From positions 4,207-68,206 of the IMG/VR virus record IMGVR_UViG_2684623024_000001: a stretch of DNA of 64,000 bases; one strand, written 5' to 3'. Under the pieces are notes generated by a model. The model worked only from the letters and a program-made list of their open reading frames with translations. It made no database searches and was not told where the DNA came from. The DNA comes from a virus (taxonomy: Duplodnaviria; Caudoviricetes). Positions 1 to 9,108 of this stretch are shown here, piece after piece. Within the stretch, counting starts at the first letter, position 1. Each line of letters starts with the position of its first letter. Both the position numbers and the translations under genes were made by a program.

Positions 1-92
1 CCGTTCAGGAGCAAAATGCTTCTTTTCTATGTGCGTTTGGGGGGCGGTGCGGCCCAAGTTCGGGCGAGAAGGGGGCTAGCCCGGAGGGGCGA

Positions 93-500
93 TCAACGAA
101 GCGGTCCAATCGCGCGCGGGGCGAGCCCCCGCGGGTTGGAAGGCAGAGGGATGGCGATGTCGCGAGGATCCGGCAGTGGATGGACGTAGAAGTAGCCGGG
201 CGGATGGGTGCGAAGGTTGGCCAGCCGGCCGAGGAGGGACACGTCGCCGGTGAGGTTGTTCCACGCGACGCCCGGCTCCTTGAGCAGGTCGAACTGAAGG
301 AGGAGGCGCCCGTCGTCGCCGTGCAGGCGCCACAGGCCGTACTCGCCGGGAGTGTCGGTCCGGGTCGCGACGATCGTCTTGATGCGCGGCTCGATCCTGG
401 CTGCGGTCACGCGCAGCCGCCGCAGTACGGCGCGTGCGAGGTCGCGGGTGGCCAGGCACACCTGACGGTCTGCGAGTGGGCAGGGGTCAACGGTCTTCAT
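93..500 (-). CDS. hypothetical phage protein
   Basis: 135-aa ORF with AAGGAG RBS, co-oriented with neighbours. Confidence 0.6.
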   Translation of the reverse strand: MKTVDPCPLADRQVCLATRDLARAVLRRLRVTAARIEPRIKTIVATRTDTPGEYGLWRLHGDDGRLLLQFDLLKEPGVAWNNLTGDVSLLGRLANLRTHPPGYFYVHPLPDPRDIAIPLPSNPRGLAPRAIGPLR

Positions 501-575
501 GAATAGGCTCCTTGGCGTAACTGCGCCCGGCGGCCGGGGGTGGTTTCCACCGGCCGCCGGGCGGGCCTGCGCGGA

Positions 576-872
576 CTACCAGGCGCGCAGGTCGTCCTGG
601 AGGTGCTGGATGACGAGGCGGGTCGAGGCGAGTTCCGGGCCGTCACCGCAGTGGCCGGTGAAGAAGGGCAGCAAGCGAATGACCACATCGAGCAGACCCT
701 CCGGCAACTGGGCGGCCCACACCTCGAACGCTACGTCGGTGCGGGAGGACTTCCATGCGGCGCGAAAGATGACGTGGATACGTTCCGACATGTAGGCGGT
801 CTCGACGTCGCTCAGATCGGTGTCCAGCTCGTGCAGTCGAGCCGCGATGCTCTTTGGGTCGATCAGCTTCAT
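576..872 (-). CDS. hypothetical phage protein
   Basis: ORF from MKLIDPK with GAGGAG RBS, downstream of the repeated promoter at 915-946. Confidence 0.6.
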   Translation of the reverse strand: MKLIDPKSIAARLHELDTDLSDVETAYMSERIHVIFRAAWKSSRTDVAFEVWAAQLPEGLLDVVIRLLPFFTGHCGDGPELASTRLVIQHLQDDLRAW

Positions 873-914
873 GGACGCTCCTCGGTTCACGGGAGGGCTC
901 CCCCCCTTTCGTAG

Positions 915-946
915 TTCTATTCTATATGCAATCGGAGAGGGGGCAA
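915..946 (-). promoter_or_regulatory. Repeated phage promoter/operator (TTGCCC-16-TAGAAT; TGCATATAGAATAGAA)
   Basis: 16-mer identical at 915, 7978, 11892 and 59042. Confidence 0.75.
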
Positions 947-980
947 GATTTTCACGCAAAGAATCTCGCCCCGTCGCCAC

Positions 981-1664
981 TTATTTCCGCAGGTCAGCGG
1001 CCTGCGAATGCGTGAGATCGCGGATGTGGAGGACCAGCCGTGACCCACTGACCACGTGCCCAAGCCGCATGTCCGGACCGACGACCCGCGTGTGGTCGTC
1101 GTCGTCCAGGACGCCCTGGTCCACGAGCCCGTCGACGCACGCCTTGAAGCTGGGGTACCAGTTGGCCGGGTCTCGCCTTTGCTGGTCGTCGGGGTGCAGA
1201 ACGCCGATGATGTGTGCCCGCTCCAGATGTGGCACTCCTCGCGAGGCCGCCCAGGCAGCACGCCGCAGAACCTTGGTGATCTCTGCGCGCCGGTGGTGGT
1301 GCAACCGCTGGTTGGAGTTGAGGAGCAGCAGCCGCGGGGGCATGGCCACCCTGAACCGGTGCCCCGGCATCCCGTCGAACCAGTCCGCTATCTCAGCCGC
1401 GGGCTCCTGGAGGTGCGGTGTCGCCGGCGGCGTGGCCTTGACCGGTGCGCTCTCGGGCGCATAGCCGCTCTTGCGCCTGCTGCCCGTTCCGGTGAGGGCC
1501 GTCGGGTGCAGGCTGGAGGCGAGGATGAGGCGCTGGCGGGCGCCGGTGGCGGCGTCGGCGACCAGGGCGCGCATGTCCCCTTCCTTGTACCGCACGATGC
1601 GGATGCGCGCTGTGTCCTGCGGGTGGCAGGCCGCGAAGATGCGGCCGGTTCGGATGTGGTTCAT
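981..1664 (-). CDS. RusA-like Holliday junction resolvase with N-terminal extension
   Basis: C-terminal RRDPANWYPSFKACVDGLVDQGVLDDD resembles the RusA D-x-x-N...K...D...DD motif. Confidence 0.7.
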   Translation of the reverse strand: MNHIRTGRIFAACHPQDTARIRIVRYKEGDMRALVADAATGARQRLILASSLHPTALTGTGSRRKSGYAPESAPVKATPPATPHLQEPAAEIADWFDGMPGHRFRVAMPPRLLLLNSNQRLHHHRRAEITKVLRRAAWAASRGVPHLERAHIIGVLHPDDQQRRDPANWYPSFKACVDGLVDQGVLDDDDHTRVVGPDMRLGHVVSGSRLVLHIRDLTHSQAADLRK

Positions 1665-1885
1665 GGGCGTTCCCGGTTCGCCAGTGCGGCCACGGCCCTC
1701 GCGATGAGGGCGGCTGGCCAGAAAACGATGACAACGGCGAGGTACAGAGCGACTGCGACCGGCCGCAGTTGGGCTGCGAGGCGCAGGAGCGGTTCCTCGT
1801 CGAGCAGGGTGGAGACGAAGGCGGTCAAGAAGATGCCTCCGGCGATCCAGCCGAGCAGGACGAATACGGCGAGCAGTCCGGTCAC
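1661..1885 (-). CDS. small membrane protein
   Basis: Two hydrophobic segments; start/stop overlaps with both neighbours. Confidence 0.6.
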   Translation of the reverse strand: MTGLLAVFVLLGWIAGGIFLTAFVSTLLDEEPLLRLAAQLRPVAVALYLAVVIVFWPAALIARAVAALANRERP

Positions 1886-2226
1886 GGTTTGCTCTCCCGG
1901 TCCGGCTGAACGGGGACGATCCTCAGCACTCCGGCTCGGGCGAGGCGGAGCGCGAGCGAGGCCGCGCGCCCGCTCGGGTGGACGGCGAACCCCGCGCAGA
2001 TGGCAGGGGCTTCGGTGCCGAGCGTGTCGTGGCAGACGATGTGGCCTTCGTCGGCGACGGCCTTCTTGACCATGTTCGCGACTCGGCCGGGATCGAGGTT
2101 CATGAGGTTGCCCGGCCGGAAGATGCATGTGGCGCAGCGGTCCGTGCAGACCCGCACGCTCCATGTGGCCGGGTCGGCAACGTCGTGGCGCAGCCCGTCA
2201 GTTGAGTACGTGGCGGAGGTGTTCAC
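1882..2226 (-). CDS. Cys-rich hypothetical phage protein
   Basis: CxxxCxxC...CH...C motifs; coupled overlaps. Confidence 0.6.
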   Translation of the reverse strand: MNTSATYSTDGLRHDVADPATWSVRVCTDRCATCIFRPGNLMNLDPGRVANMVKKAVADEGHIVCHDTLGTEAPAICAGFAVHPSGRAASLALRLARAGVLRIVPVQPDRESKP

Positions 2227-2660
2227 CGGTCGGCTCCCGGCGTGGCTGCGAGCACGGCTTCCCCGGTCGCGGCGAGGAGCGTGTGCATGCACGCGGGCCA
2301 CAGCTCGGGGTCCTCGGAGGTGAAGGCGGCCTGGTAGAGGGCCAGGGCCGTGTCGGTGTCGTTGTTGAGATAGGCGGCGATGAAGCGCGCGGCGAATAGG
2401 TGGTGGGGTGGGACGGTGTCCTCCGGGCGGGAACCATCGAGGGTCCGGATGCCCCAGAAGGACGTGTGTGTCTGATGGCCGTGCATCTTCGTCAGGGCGG
2501 CCTTGGCCACCGTGGCGATGCCGCAGGCGACGCCGTACATCATGGAGGGCGTCTGTGTCTGGGCCAGCTCGGCGAGGATCTGCACGGATTCCTCGTGGCG
2601 GCCCTCCACCCAGTGGCCGACGGCTTCCCAGATGCGGTCCGATATCTCCTCGTGCGTCAC
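2223..2660 (-). CDS. hypothetical protein
   Basis: GTG start overlapping the upstream stop; ordinary protein composition. Confidence 0.55.
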   Translation of the reverse strand: MTHEEISDRIWEAVGHWVEGRHEESVQILAELAQTQTPSMMYGVACGIATVAKAALTKMHGHQTHTSFWGIRTLDGSRPEDTVPPHHLFAARFIAAYLNNDTDTALALYQAAFTSEDPELWPACMHTLLAATGEAVLAATPGADR

Positions 2661-3004
2661 TGCGCTGCTCCGTTCGTCGGCTCGGGGTGGTCGGTGGTGG
2701 CCAGGTGGTGCAGTGCGGCGGCCAAGGCGCCCGGGTGGCTGCGACTGGTTGGCGTGGTCGAGCAGCGCCGGCATGACCAGGTCCAGGGTTCGCACAGCTG
2801 GCCCGTGCAGAAGTGGCCGGTTCGGCGGATGTGCAGGGGTGGCAGCGTTATCGGGTCGGGGTCGGGCAGGATTCGGTGCTCGCGCACGGCGGGGCAAGCG
2901 GCGGCTAGTTGGTCGAACGCCACGGCGTTGGCTTGCCGCTCGAATACGGCGCAGTGAGCGTCGGCCTTCGGGGCCGCGTACGGGTACTGGTGCAGGGTGG
3001 GCAC
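2657..3004 (-). CDS. hypothetical protein
   Basis: 115-aa ORF within the coupled operon. Confidence 0.5.
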   Translation of the reverse strand: MPTLHQYPYAAPKADAHCAVFERQANAVAFDQLAAACPAVREHRILPDPDPITLPPLHIRRTGHFCTGQLCEPWTWSCRRCSTTPTSRSHPGALAAALHHLATTDHPEPTNGAAQ

Positions 3005-3059
3005 TGGGCTCTCCGGGATCGGAGGCCGCCCCGGCGGTGGCCGGGGCGGCGGCGGCAGG

Positions 3060-3392
3060 TCAGGTGCGGGGCGTCTTGGGAGCCTTCCTTATGGCGCTGC
3101 CGTGTTGCGGGAGCGGCTTGGTGCCGTCGACCAGGGCCTTGAACGAGGCTCCGGGCCGGAAGCGGACCGCACGGGTGGCCTGCACCTGCACTCGTTCGCC
3201 GGTCTGCGGGTTACGCGCGAAACGCGCCGGGCGCTCCACAGGCTCGATGGAGCCGAACCCGGTCACGCGGACGCTCTTACCGTCGGCGACCGCGCGCACG
3301 ATGGAGTCGAAGACCGCTTCGACGGCCTCGGCTGCGGCGGCCCGGGAGCCGAGCTTGGCGGCGACGTCCTCTATGAGGAGGTTCTTGTTCAT
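3060..3392 (-). CDS. HU-family histone-like DNA-binding protein
   Basis: MNKNLLI...VRVTGFGSI...ARNPQTGE...FRPG HU signature. Confidence 0.92.
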   Translation of the reverse strand: MNKNLLIEDVAAKLGSRAAAAEAVEAVFDSIVRAVADGKSVRVTGFGSIEPVERPARFARNPQTGERVQVQATRAVRFRPGASFKALVDGTKPLPQHGSAIRKAPKTPRT

Positions 3393-3436
3393 GGCTTTCC
3401 TTGCTGTGAGTTGGGAGATGGGTCGGTGGCCGGATG

Positions 3437-3822
3437 TCAGGCCGCGGGTTCCTTGAGGGCGAGCACCCAGTGGTTGGCGGCTGGGGGAACCTGGGCGACG
3501 GCCCGGGGCACGTAGGCGACGGCCTCGACGGGGATGTCCGCGTAGTTGCCGTAGGTGCGGCGGCACAGGTTGCCTTGGGGAGTCGGCGCCGGGTCGGTGT
3601 GCGAGTCGGGATTACTGCTGCCGATTAGGTGCGCCCACCGTTCGTAGACGCCGTCCTCGGGCTTATACATGAGCAGCCGAACCCGGTGCTGTACTCCCCG
3701 TTGTCGTGGTGAATGGGGGCGAACTCGATGCGGGGTGCGGGCAGATCGGGGTTGAGCTGGGCGATGAGCGCCACGGCGGCAACAGGGCCGAGGAGTTCGC
3801 GCATCGATCGGTCTTCAAGCAC
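3437..3822 (-). pseudogene. Probable frameshifted hypothetical gene (two overlapping ORFs)
   Basis: ORFs 3625-3822 and 3437-3670 join into one frame if one base is added near 3680. Confidence 0.45.
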
Positions 3823-3843
3823 GGGTGTCTCTCCTTGAATGGA

Positions 3844-4296
3844 TCAGGCGACGTTGGGGAGTTCGAGCTGCTGCGCGTCGTCCTCGGCGTCCAGCGGGTT
3901 GGGGCCGGGCTGGTAGAAGGGCTCGCACCGGGGGCACTGCTGCTCGACAGCTCGTCGGTGGGCCCGGGACCCGGCGGCGGTGCCGCACGACTTGCGGATG
4001 ACCGGAGGCGGAAGCTCGCAGGGGTCGGCGTCCGGGAGGGCGTGGACGATCACGCCGTTGAGCCAGATTCGGCCGCCGCACACGCCGTCGAACTCGTTCT
4101 TGGCCGGGACGACCTGTTTGATGCAGGCGGCCCGGAACGGGCAGCTGCCGCAGACGTACAGGACGGGTTCGCAGATGGCGACCAGGTCCTTACCTGTCTT
4201 CCAGCGGCTGTCGGCTACGGCGAAGTCGGGATCGCCCCAGCACGGGGCATGGCCGGTGACGTGGGTACCGGGCAGGGCACTGCGAGATCCGGTCAC
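3844..4296 (-). CDS. WhiB-like (Wbl) Fe-S transcription factor with extra C-terminal Cys/His motif
   Basis: C...VCGSCPFRAAC...GVCGG (WhiB four-Cys pattern plus GVWGG-like turn); C-terminal CGT...H...CPRC. Confidence 0.7.
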   Translation of the reverse strand: MTGSRSALPGTHVTGHAPCWGDPDFAVADSRWKTGKDLVAICEPVLYVCGSCPFRAACIKQVVPAKNEFDGVCGGRIWLNGVIVHALPDADPCELPPPVIRKSCGTAAGSRAHRRAVEQQCPRCEPFYQPGPNPLDAEDDAQQLELPNVA

Positions 4297-5789
4297 AGGA
4301 CGGGCTCCAATCGCTGGCCTATCCACCTGGCGACGTTCACGGAAACCGCGTTGCCTGCCTGCATGGTCTGTTCGGCCTGGTTGCCGTACACCACGTACTT
4401 CGCAGGGAACCGCTGCCCTTCGAGCTGTTCGCGGGGCTTGAGCATCCTGAAGTAGCAGTCGTCGATGCTCGGGGCGCTGCGCACGAGGGCGGCCGAGTCG
4501 CGGGTGGAAAGGGTGTGGACGGGTTCGGCGGCCGTCTTCACCGCGGCCTTGCGGTACGGCACGACGAGCGTGTTCGTCGCCCGGTCGGGCACGCGGCCGG
4601 CGTGGGTGACTAGGCCGTGATGGTTGCCCTGGGCGGTGACTCCGCTGAGCGGGTTGCTCGCTGGGCTGGCGGTGGCGTGGTTGCGGAATTCGACGATGAA
4701 CGGGTCCACCGTCACGAGGGCTTCGCTCTCACGGGTGGTGCGGGTGCGTAGCGGCACGTCGACGGGGACGGCGTCGGTGTTCCATGATCCGCCGGTCGGG
4801 ACCAGGAGGGCGTCACCCTGCTTAGCGGTGCGGGTCGGGAGTGGCCGGTCCTCGACGGCGTACGCCCTGTCTCCGCCGTCCTTGCCGTGGGTGAGGGTGA
4901 TCGAGCTGGGGCGGTACGGGAACTTGATGAGGCCCGCGCGGATACGGTCCATCGTCGTGTCCACAAGGGGCTTCTTGCGGTCGCCGATCCGGGTCCCGAG
5001 GTCGTCCCAGTTGATGATGTCGCTGGCCGGGCGGACGTATGGCTCGACCATGGCGTGTCGGCAGCGGGTGTTCGGGCAGCGGTAGATGTAGTCGCGCCGG
5101 TACTTCCCGATGCGTACGCCTTCGACGTTCCAGGCCTGGACGGCGTGCACGTCCTCGCCGCAGTCCACGCACGGCGCGAGCGGCCTGGGTTCCAGGTCTG
5201 GCTTGCGCATGGTCTTGAGGGTGAAGACCACGTACATCCGGTCGCGCCACTGAGGGGCGCGCAGGTTGACGTCGTCGCCGATGTGCGCGCTGCTGACGCA
5301 CACGATCTGGTACTGGTAGCCGAGCAGTTCCATGGCTTCGAGCCACTTCGGGAACAAGATCCAGTCGAGCCCGAACTCGACGACGTTCTCGACGACGATC
5401 GCCTTGAATCGTTTGGCCTCGGCGGCGCGTACGACGCACCAGCCGGTGACGCGGGTCCGTTCGAAGGCGTCTTTGGTCAGGGCCTCCCAGTCCTCGCCCT
5501 CGTCGATCAGGTCGAGCAGGTCCATCTGGTTGGTCTCGCGCTGCCGCCCGCCGGCGGGGCTGATCTCGGTGCAGATGACCGAGGCCCACAGGACATCGGC
5601 GTTGGGCAGGTAGCGCATCGGGAAGCCGGAGATGTCGATGCAGGCGTGGTCGGCGTTGCGGTGGTTGGCGGCGTGCGTGTCGATGGCGAGCTGCCAGTGG
5701 TTGATCCCGAGGATCAGTTCGTACCCGGCTTCGACGAGCCCGGTGCTGCTGCCTCCTGCGCCGCACAGCAGGTCGATGACTTTGGCCAT
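4293..5789 (-). CDS. DNA (cytosine-5)-methyltransferase
   Basis: DLLCGAGG (motif I), SVIC (motif IV), VENV (motif VI), QWRDR (motif VIII), AGNAV (motif X). Confidence 0.9.
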   Translation of the reverse strand: MAKVIDLLCGAGGSSTGLVEAGYELILGINHWQLAIDTHAANHRNADHACIDISGFPMRYLPNADVLWASVICTEISPAGGRQRETNQMDLLDLIDEGEDWEALTKDAFERTRVTGWCVVRAAEAKRFKAIVVENVVEFGLDWILFPKWLEAMELLGYQYQIVCVSSAHIGDDVNLRAPQWRDRMYVVFTLKTMRKPDLEPRPLAPCVDCGEDVHAVQAWNVEGVRIGKYRRDYIYRCPNTRCRHAMVEPYVRPASDIINWDDLGTRIGDRKKPLVDTTMDRIRAGLIKFPYRPSSITLTHGKDGGDRAYAVEDRPLPTRTAKQGDALLVPTGGSWNTDAVPVDVPLRTRTTRESEALVTVDPFIVEFRNHATASPASNPLSGVTAQGNHHGLVTHAGRVPDRATNTLVVPYRKAAVKTAAEPVHTLSTRDSAALVRSAPSIDDCYFRMLKPREQLEGQRFPAKYVVYGNQAEQTMQAGNAVSVNVARWIGQRLEPVL

Positions 5790-5859
5790 GGTGGTGGTTG
5801 TTCTCCAAGAGGTTCTGCGGGGCCCGGCCCCGCGTCGCGGGGCCGGGCGATGGCCGGGA

Positions 5860-6342
5860 TCAGTGAGTGCGGAAGCCGCCGTGTGTCCTGGCGCGGCGCA
5901 GGAACGCCATCCAGTACCGCCACGTCGGGTCGCCCATGGGCATCTCGGCGATGTCCACGTGCGGGTGGGCCTCATAGGTGGTCAGGGCGGTATTGATCTC
6001 GGCGACGGTGACGAGGAAGCCGTCGTTGTTCATGAGCTTGTAGGTCGGGATGCCGGTCGGCTCGGCCTCCGTAGCGTCCATGACGGCCTGGTACGCGGCT
6101 CGGTATTCGGCGATGCGGTTGGCCGTTGCCTGGTCGGGCTGAGTGCCGGGCTGGAAGTCCTGGATCGCCAGGCCGTAGGTGGTCAGAGTCGGGGCGGAGG
6201 GAGCGGGCAGCTCGGTGAGCATCCCGAAGCTGGCCATGGCGTCGAGGGTTCGCGGCAGGGCGGTCCAGGCGAAGCGGAAGCAGTTCTCGTCGCCCTCGGC
6301 GGGCTTGCCGTCAGGGGTCTGGATGTACATCTGGTATCCCAC
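5860..6342 (-). CDS. hypothetical phage protein
   Basis: GTG start after CCTCTTGGAG RBS. Confidence 0.65.
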   Translation of the reverse strand: MGYQMYIQTPDGKPAEGDENCFRFAWTALPRTLDAMASFGMLTELPAPSAPTLTTYGLAIQDFQPGTQPDQATANRIAEYRAAYQAVMDATEAEPTGIPTYKLMNNDGFLVTVAEINTALTTYEAHPHVDIAEMPMGDPTWRYWMAFLRRARTHGGFRTH

Positions 6343-6401
6343 GGGGTGTTCTCCAAGAGGTCTGCGGCTGTCCGGCCCGTGGCGAGCGGGCCGGACAGCG
6401 T

Positions 6402-6557
6402 TCAGCGGTGGGCGGCGTGGCGGTGGTGCTGTTCGCCGCAGGTGGTGCATCGCGGGAGCCGGTTGCGGGCCTCCCAGCGCAGTTCGTCGATGACGATCAC
6501 GGCGAGGCCGGCGGCGACGCCGAGGGCGAGCGCGAGCAGCGCGTACATGGCGGTCAT
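6402..6557 (-). CDS. small membrane protein with CxxC
   Basis: N-terminal TM segment, CTTC; overlap coupling. Confidence 0.5.
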   Translation of the reverse strand: MTAMYALLALALGVAAGLAVIVIDELRWEARNRLPRCTTCGEQHHRHAAHR

Positions 6558-6772
6558 CGCGTCACCGGCTCGTCGCGCGCCGGGCAGGGCTGCATGAGCT
6601 GCATGCAGGCGATCAGCACGGCGTGGGCGTCGTTGGTCTTCAGTGCGTTGTCCAGGGCGGCCTGTGCGTGGGCTCGCTCCTCGTCGTTCTGCACGTGGGC
6701 GATCACGCAAGTGCACAGGCGTTTGGCGGTCTCCTCGGCCGTCCTCGGCTGGCCCGCTTCCGTGCCGGGCAT
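6554..6772 (-). CDS. hypothetical protein
   Basis: 72-aa coupled ORF. Confidence 0.5.
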   Translation of the reverse strand: MPGTEAGQPRTAEETAKRLCTCVIAHVQNDEERAHAQAALDNALKTNDAHAVLIACMQLMQPCPARDEPVTR

Positions 6773-7425
6773 CAGGCGGTGACCTGACCGACGTGGGCGA
6801 CGTAGACGGTGGCGACCTCGCCGTTCAGCTCCCAGACGGTGAGCGGCCAGTCAGTTCCGCCCTGCTCGTGGATGCATCGCCAACCGTTCTGCATCAGGTC
6901 GTGGGTGGCGTAGCCGTACTCCTTGACTGCCGCGTGGCGGTCATCGAAGGGGCCCTGGATGAGCTTGCTGATGCGCTTGTGGTTCTTCGTCACGCCGTCG
7001 AGCTGGACGGACATGAGGTCGATGAGCTTGGGAGCGAGGTGCCGCTCGGCGACGAAGGCGGTGATGGCCTGGACGAGGGGGACGACGTTGTTGCCGTGCT
7101 GCGAGTGCTCGCCGTCCTCGGTGGAGTTGTAGACCATCTCATCGACGGTCGGGTTGTCCTCGTGGCCGCGCCTGACGTGCCAGCCCTCGACCTCCTCGGC
7201 GTCGAGGGGCAGTTCCTCGACCGAGGAGATCCACAGGTGCGATCCGTCGGTGAGCTGCGCGGTGATGCCGAACATACCGCCGCAGATTTCGACGTCGGTG
7301 ACGAGCGGGATGCGCCGCAGTGCGGTGATGACCGGCTCGTAGGCGTTCCACAGCTTGCGCCACAGCGGGTCGTCGGTGTTGCCGTGCACGGGCACCGGTG
7401 CCATCTGCGCGAGGTCGTTGCTCAC
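6772..7425 (-). CDS. hypothetical protein
   Basis: GTG start after TCTTGGAG RBS. Confidence 0.65.
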   Translation of the reverse strand: MSNDLAQMAPVPVHGNTDDPLWRKLWNAYEPVITALRRIPLVTDVEICGGMFGITAQLTDGSHLWISSVEELPLDAEEVEGWHVRRGHEDNPTVDEMVYNSTEDGEHSQHGNNVVPLVQAITAFVAERHLAPKLIDLMSVQLDGVTKNHKRISKLIQGPFDDRHAAVKEYGYATHDLMQNGWRCIHEQGGTDWPLTVWELNGEVATVYVAHVGQVTA

Positions 7426-7505
7426 GGTGTTCTCTCCAAGAGATCTTGTGCCGCCCAACAGTACAGAGTTGGGATCTATTTGGGAACGGATTGAAACGCC
7501 TGCGA

Positions 7506-7934
7506 CTAGCAGACAGGGGGCCTCCGGCGCTCCTCTCGGGCACCTCGGGCGACGGCGGTCAGGACGGCGAGTTCGTCGGCGCGACTCTTGGCCACGTCGG
7601 CGATGTGCTGCGCCTGGCGGGCGAGGCTGCGCGCCTGCATGAGGGCGTGGTGGCTGTCGCGGGGGTCGAGGCGGATCTCCGCGCCGCCGAGCTCGTCGAG
7701 GAGTTCACCGACGATCTCGTCACGCACATGCTCGGCATGGCCGAGGCCGTCGAGGGCGCGCTCACGCTCGGCCTGGTCCTTGAGGTCGGCGATCTGAATG
7801 AGTATGTCCCCGACCCCCTCGGGGTCTTCGCGGTAGAGGTCGGCGAGGGTGCGGATCTGCTCGTGAGCGGCGGCGCTGCCGTCGAGCACGAGCGCACCCT
7901 TGTGCTCGCGGCGAAGGGTGGGCAGGTAGCTCAT
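7506..7934 (-). CDS. hypothetical protein
   Basis: GGAGG RBS; first gene after the repeated promoter at 7978. Confidence 0.65.
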   Translation of the reverse strand: MSYLPTLRREHKGALVLDGSAAAHEQIRTLADLYREDPEGVGDILIQIADLKDQAERERALDGLGHAEHVRDEIVGELLDELGGAEIRLDPRDSHHALMQARSLARQAQHIADVAKSRADELAVLTAVARGAREERRRPPVC

Positions 7935-7977
7935 GTCGTCCTCCCGGTTTCGAGGGGGCCCTTCCCCCTCTCCTTGG

Positions 7978-8009
7978 TTCTATTCTATATGCAATATCAG
8001 GGATGTCCA
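7978..8009 (-). promoter_or_regulatory. Repeated phage promoter/operator (TGGACA-16-TAGAAT)
   Basis: Copy of the 16-mer TGCATATAGAATAGAA. Confidence 0.75.
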
Positions 8010-8038
8010 GATTCCTGGGGAAATATTCGTTCGGGAGC

Positions 8039-9019
8039 CTAAGCTTTCTGCTGCCTGCGCGCCTTGGACTCAAGCACCGCCTCCCGTGCAGCCCTACGGG
8101 CGGCATCCACGGACTCCGGGCGTTCCTCGACCTGTTGGCGGCGGCTGGCCGCATCCTCGTGCCACTCATCCCAGAAGCGGCCGTGCGCCTGGTGCTCCAC
8201 TGCTTTGGCTTCCCGCCGGTCTCTCTCGCGTCCTGCACGCGGGTTGGTGCCGCATCCACGGCAGGAGGCGGCAGGGCGCCCACGGTGCCTCACACAGCCC
8301 TTCTGCGGCCCCTCACGGTCCGGCGGCGGGGTCTCTGCCGGGGCGGGCGCGGGCTCCCCTACGGCGTCAGCCGTGGGGGTAGGGGGGAAAGGAAGGACAG
8401 AGGAAGAACCAGGAAAGGAAGGGGTTTCACCGCTGGAACCCATTGGGTTCCCTCCGTGAAACTCATCGGGTTCCACCGGTGGAACCCGGCTCTCTGGCGC
8501 CTCCGGGTTCCCCCCGTGGAACCCTGCTTCTCCCCCTGGGTTCCCCGCGTGGAACCCTGCTTCCACCTGCGGCTTTTCAGCCTTCTGCTGCCGCTCAGCC
8601 TCACGGGCTTCGACGTCCTGATACGTCATCGCGGGCTTGGCCGGCGCCGACCGTACGACCCCGGAGCGGGCCTTGCGGGGGTTCTTGGGGGCAGCCTTGC
8701 GGGCCTCCGCAGCCGCCTTGAGTTCCGGGGTGGTCGGCGTGGGCGGCACGCCGAGGGGGAAGACTCGGTAGACCGCGGCGCGGCCCGCCTTGCCGGTCTC
8801 AACACGTTCGACGAGCCCCTTGGCTATCAGCTCCGTGACGACGGTGATGGCGCGCTTGTCGGTCACGCCGACCCAGGCGGCAAGGCGGGTGAGGCCGGGC
8901 CGGGCGAGGCGTGTCTCGTCGTCGGCGCTATCCGCGATCTTCATGAGGGCGAGTTTCTGGCTTTGGCTGAGCACGTCAGGCGGCAAGTACGCCGCAGCGA
9001 TCATCAGTTGGATGGACAC
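8039..9019 (-). CDS. Phage replication initiator (N-terminal HTH, O-like)
   Basis: QKLALMKIADSADD...PGLTRLAAWVGVTDKRAITVVTELIAKGLV HTH; internal iteron array; C-terminal CxxH...CxxC. Confidence 0.8.
   Translation of the reverse strand: MSIQLMIAAAYLPPDVLSQSQKLALMKIADSADDETRLARPGLTRLAAWVGVTDKRAITVVTELIAKGLVERVETGKAGRAAVYRVFPLGVPPTPTTPELKAAAEARKAAPKNPRKARSGVVRSAPAKPAMTYQDVEAREAERQQKAEKPQVEAGFHAGNPGGEAGFHGGNPEAPESRVPPVEPDEFHGGNPMGSSGETPSFPGSSSVLPFPPTPTADAVGEPAPAPAETPPPDREGPQKGCVRHRGRPAASCRGCGTNPRAGRERDRREAKAVEHQAHGRFWDEWHEDAASRRQQVEERPESVDAARRAAREAVLESKARRQQKA
8422..8557. repeat. Five 20-bp quasi-palindromic iterons (GGGTTCC-N4-GTGGAACCC), putative origin
   Basis: Copies at 8422, 8445, 8468, 8505 and 8538 inside the initiator gene. 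Confidence 0.8.
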
Positions 9020-9108
9020 GGTTCCCCTTGGGCGGTATGGGCATGGCGGCAGGACGGGGCGCCCCGCCCGTCGTTGACGGGCGGGGCTGAGGAGTGATGG
9101 GGCCCGGG

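Noticed and set aside
8422-8557. Possible CRISPR array
   Set aside because: Gaps are only 3-17 bp, the repeats lie in a coding frame, and no cas operon is present; iterons fit better
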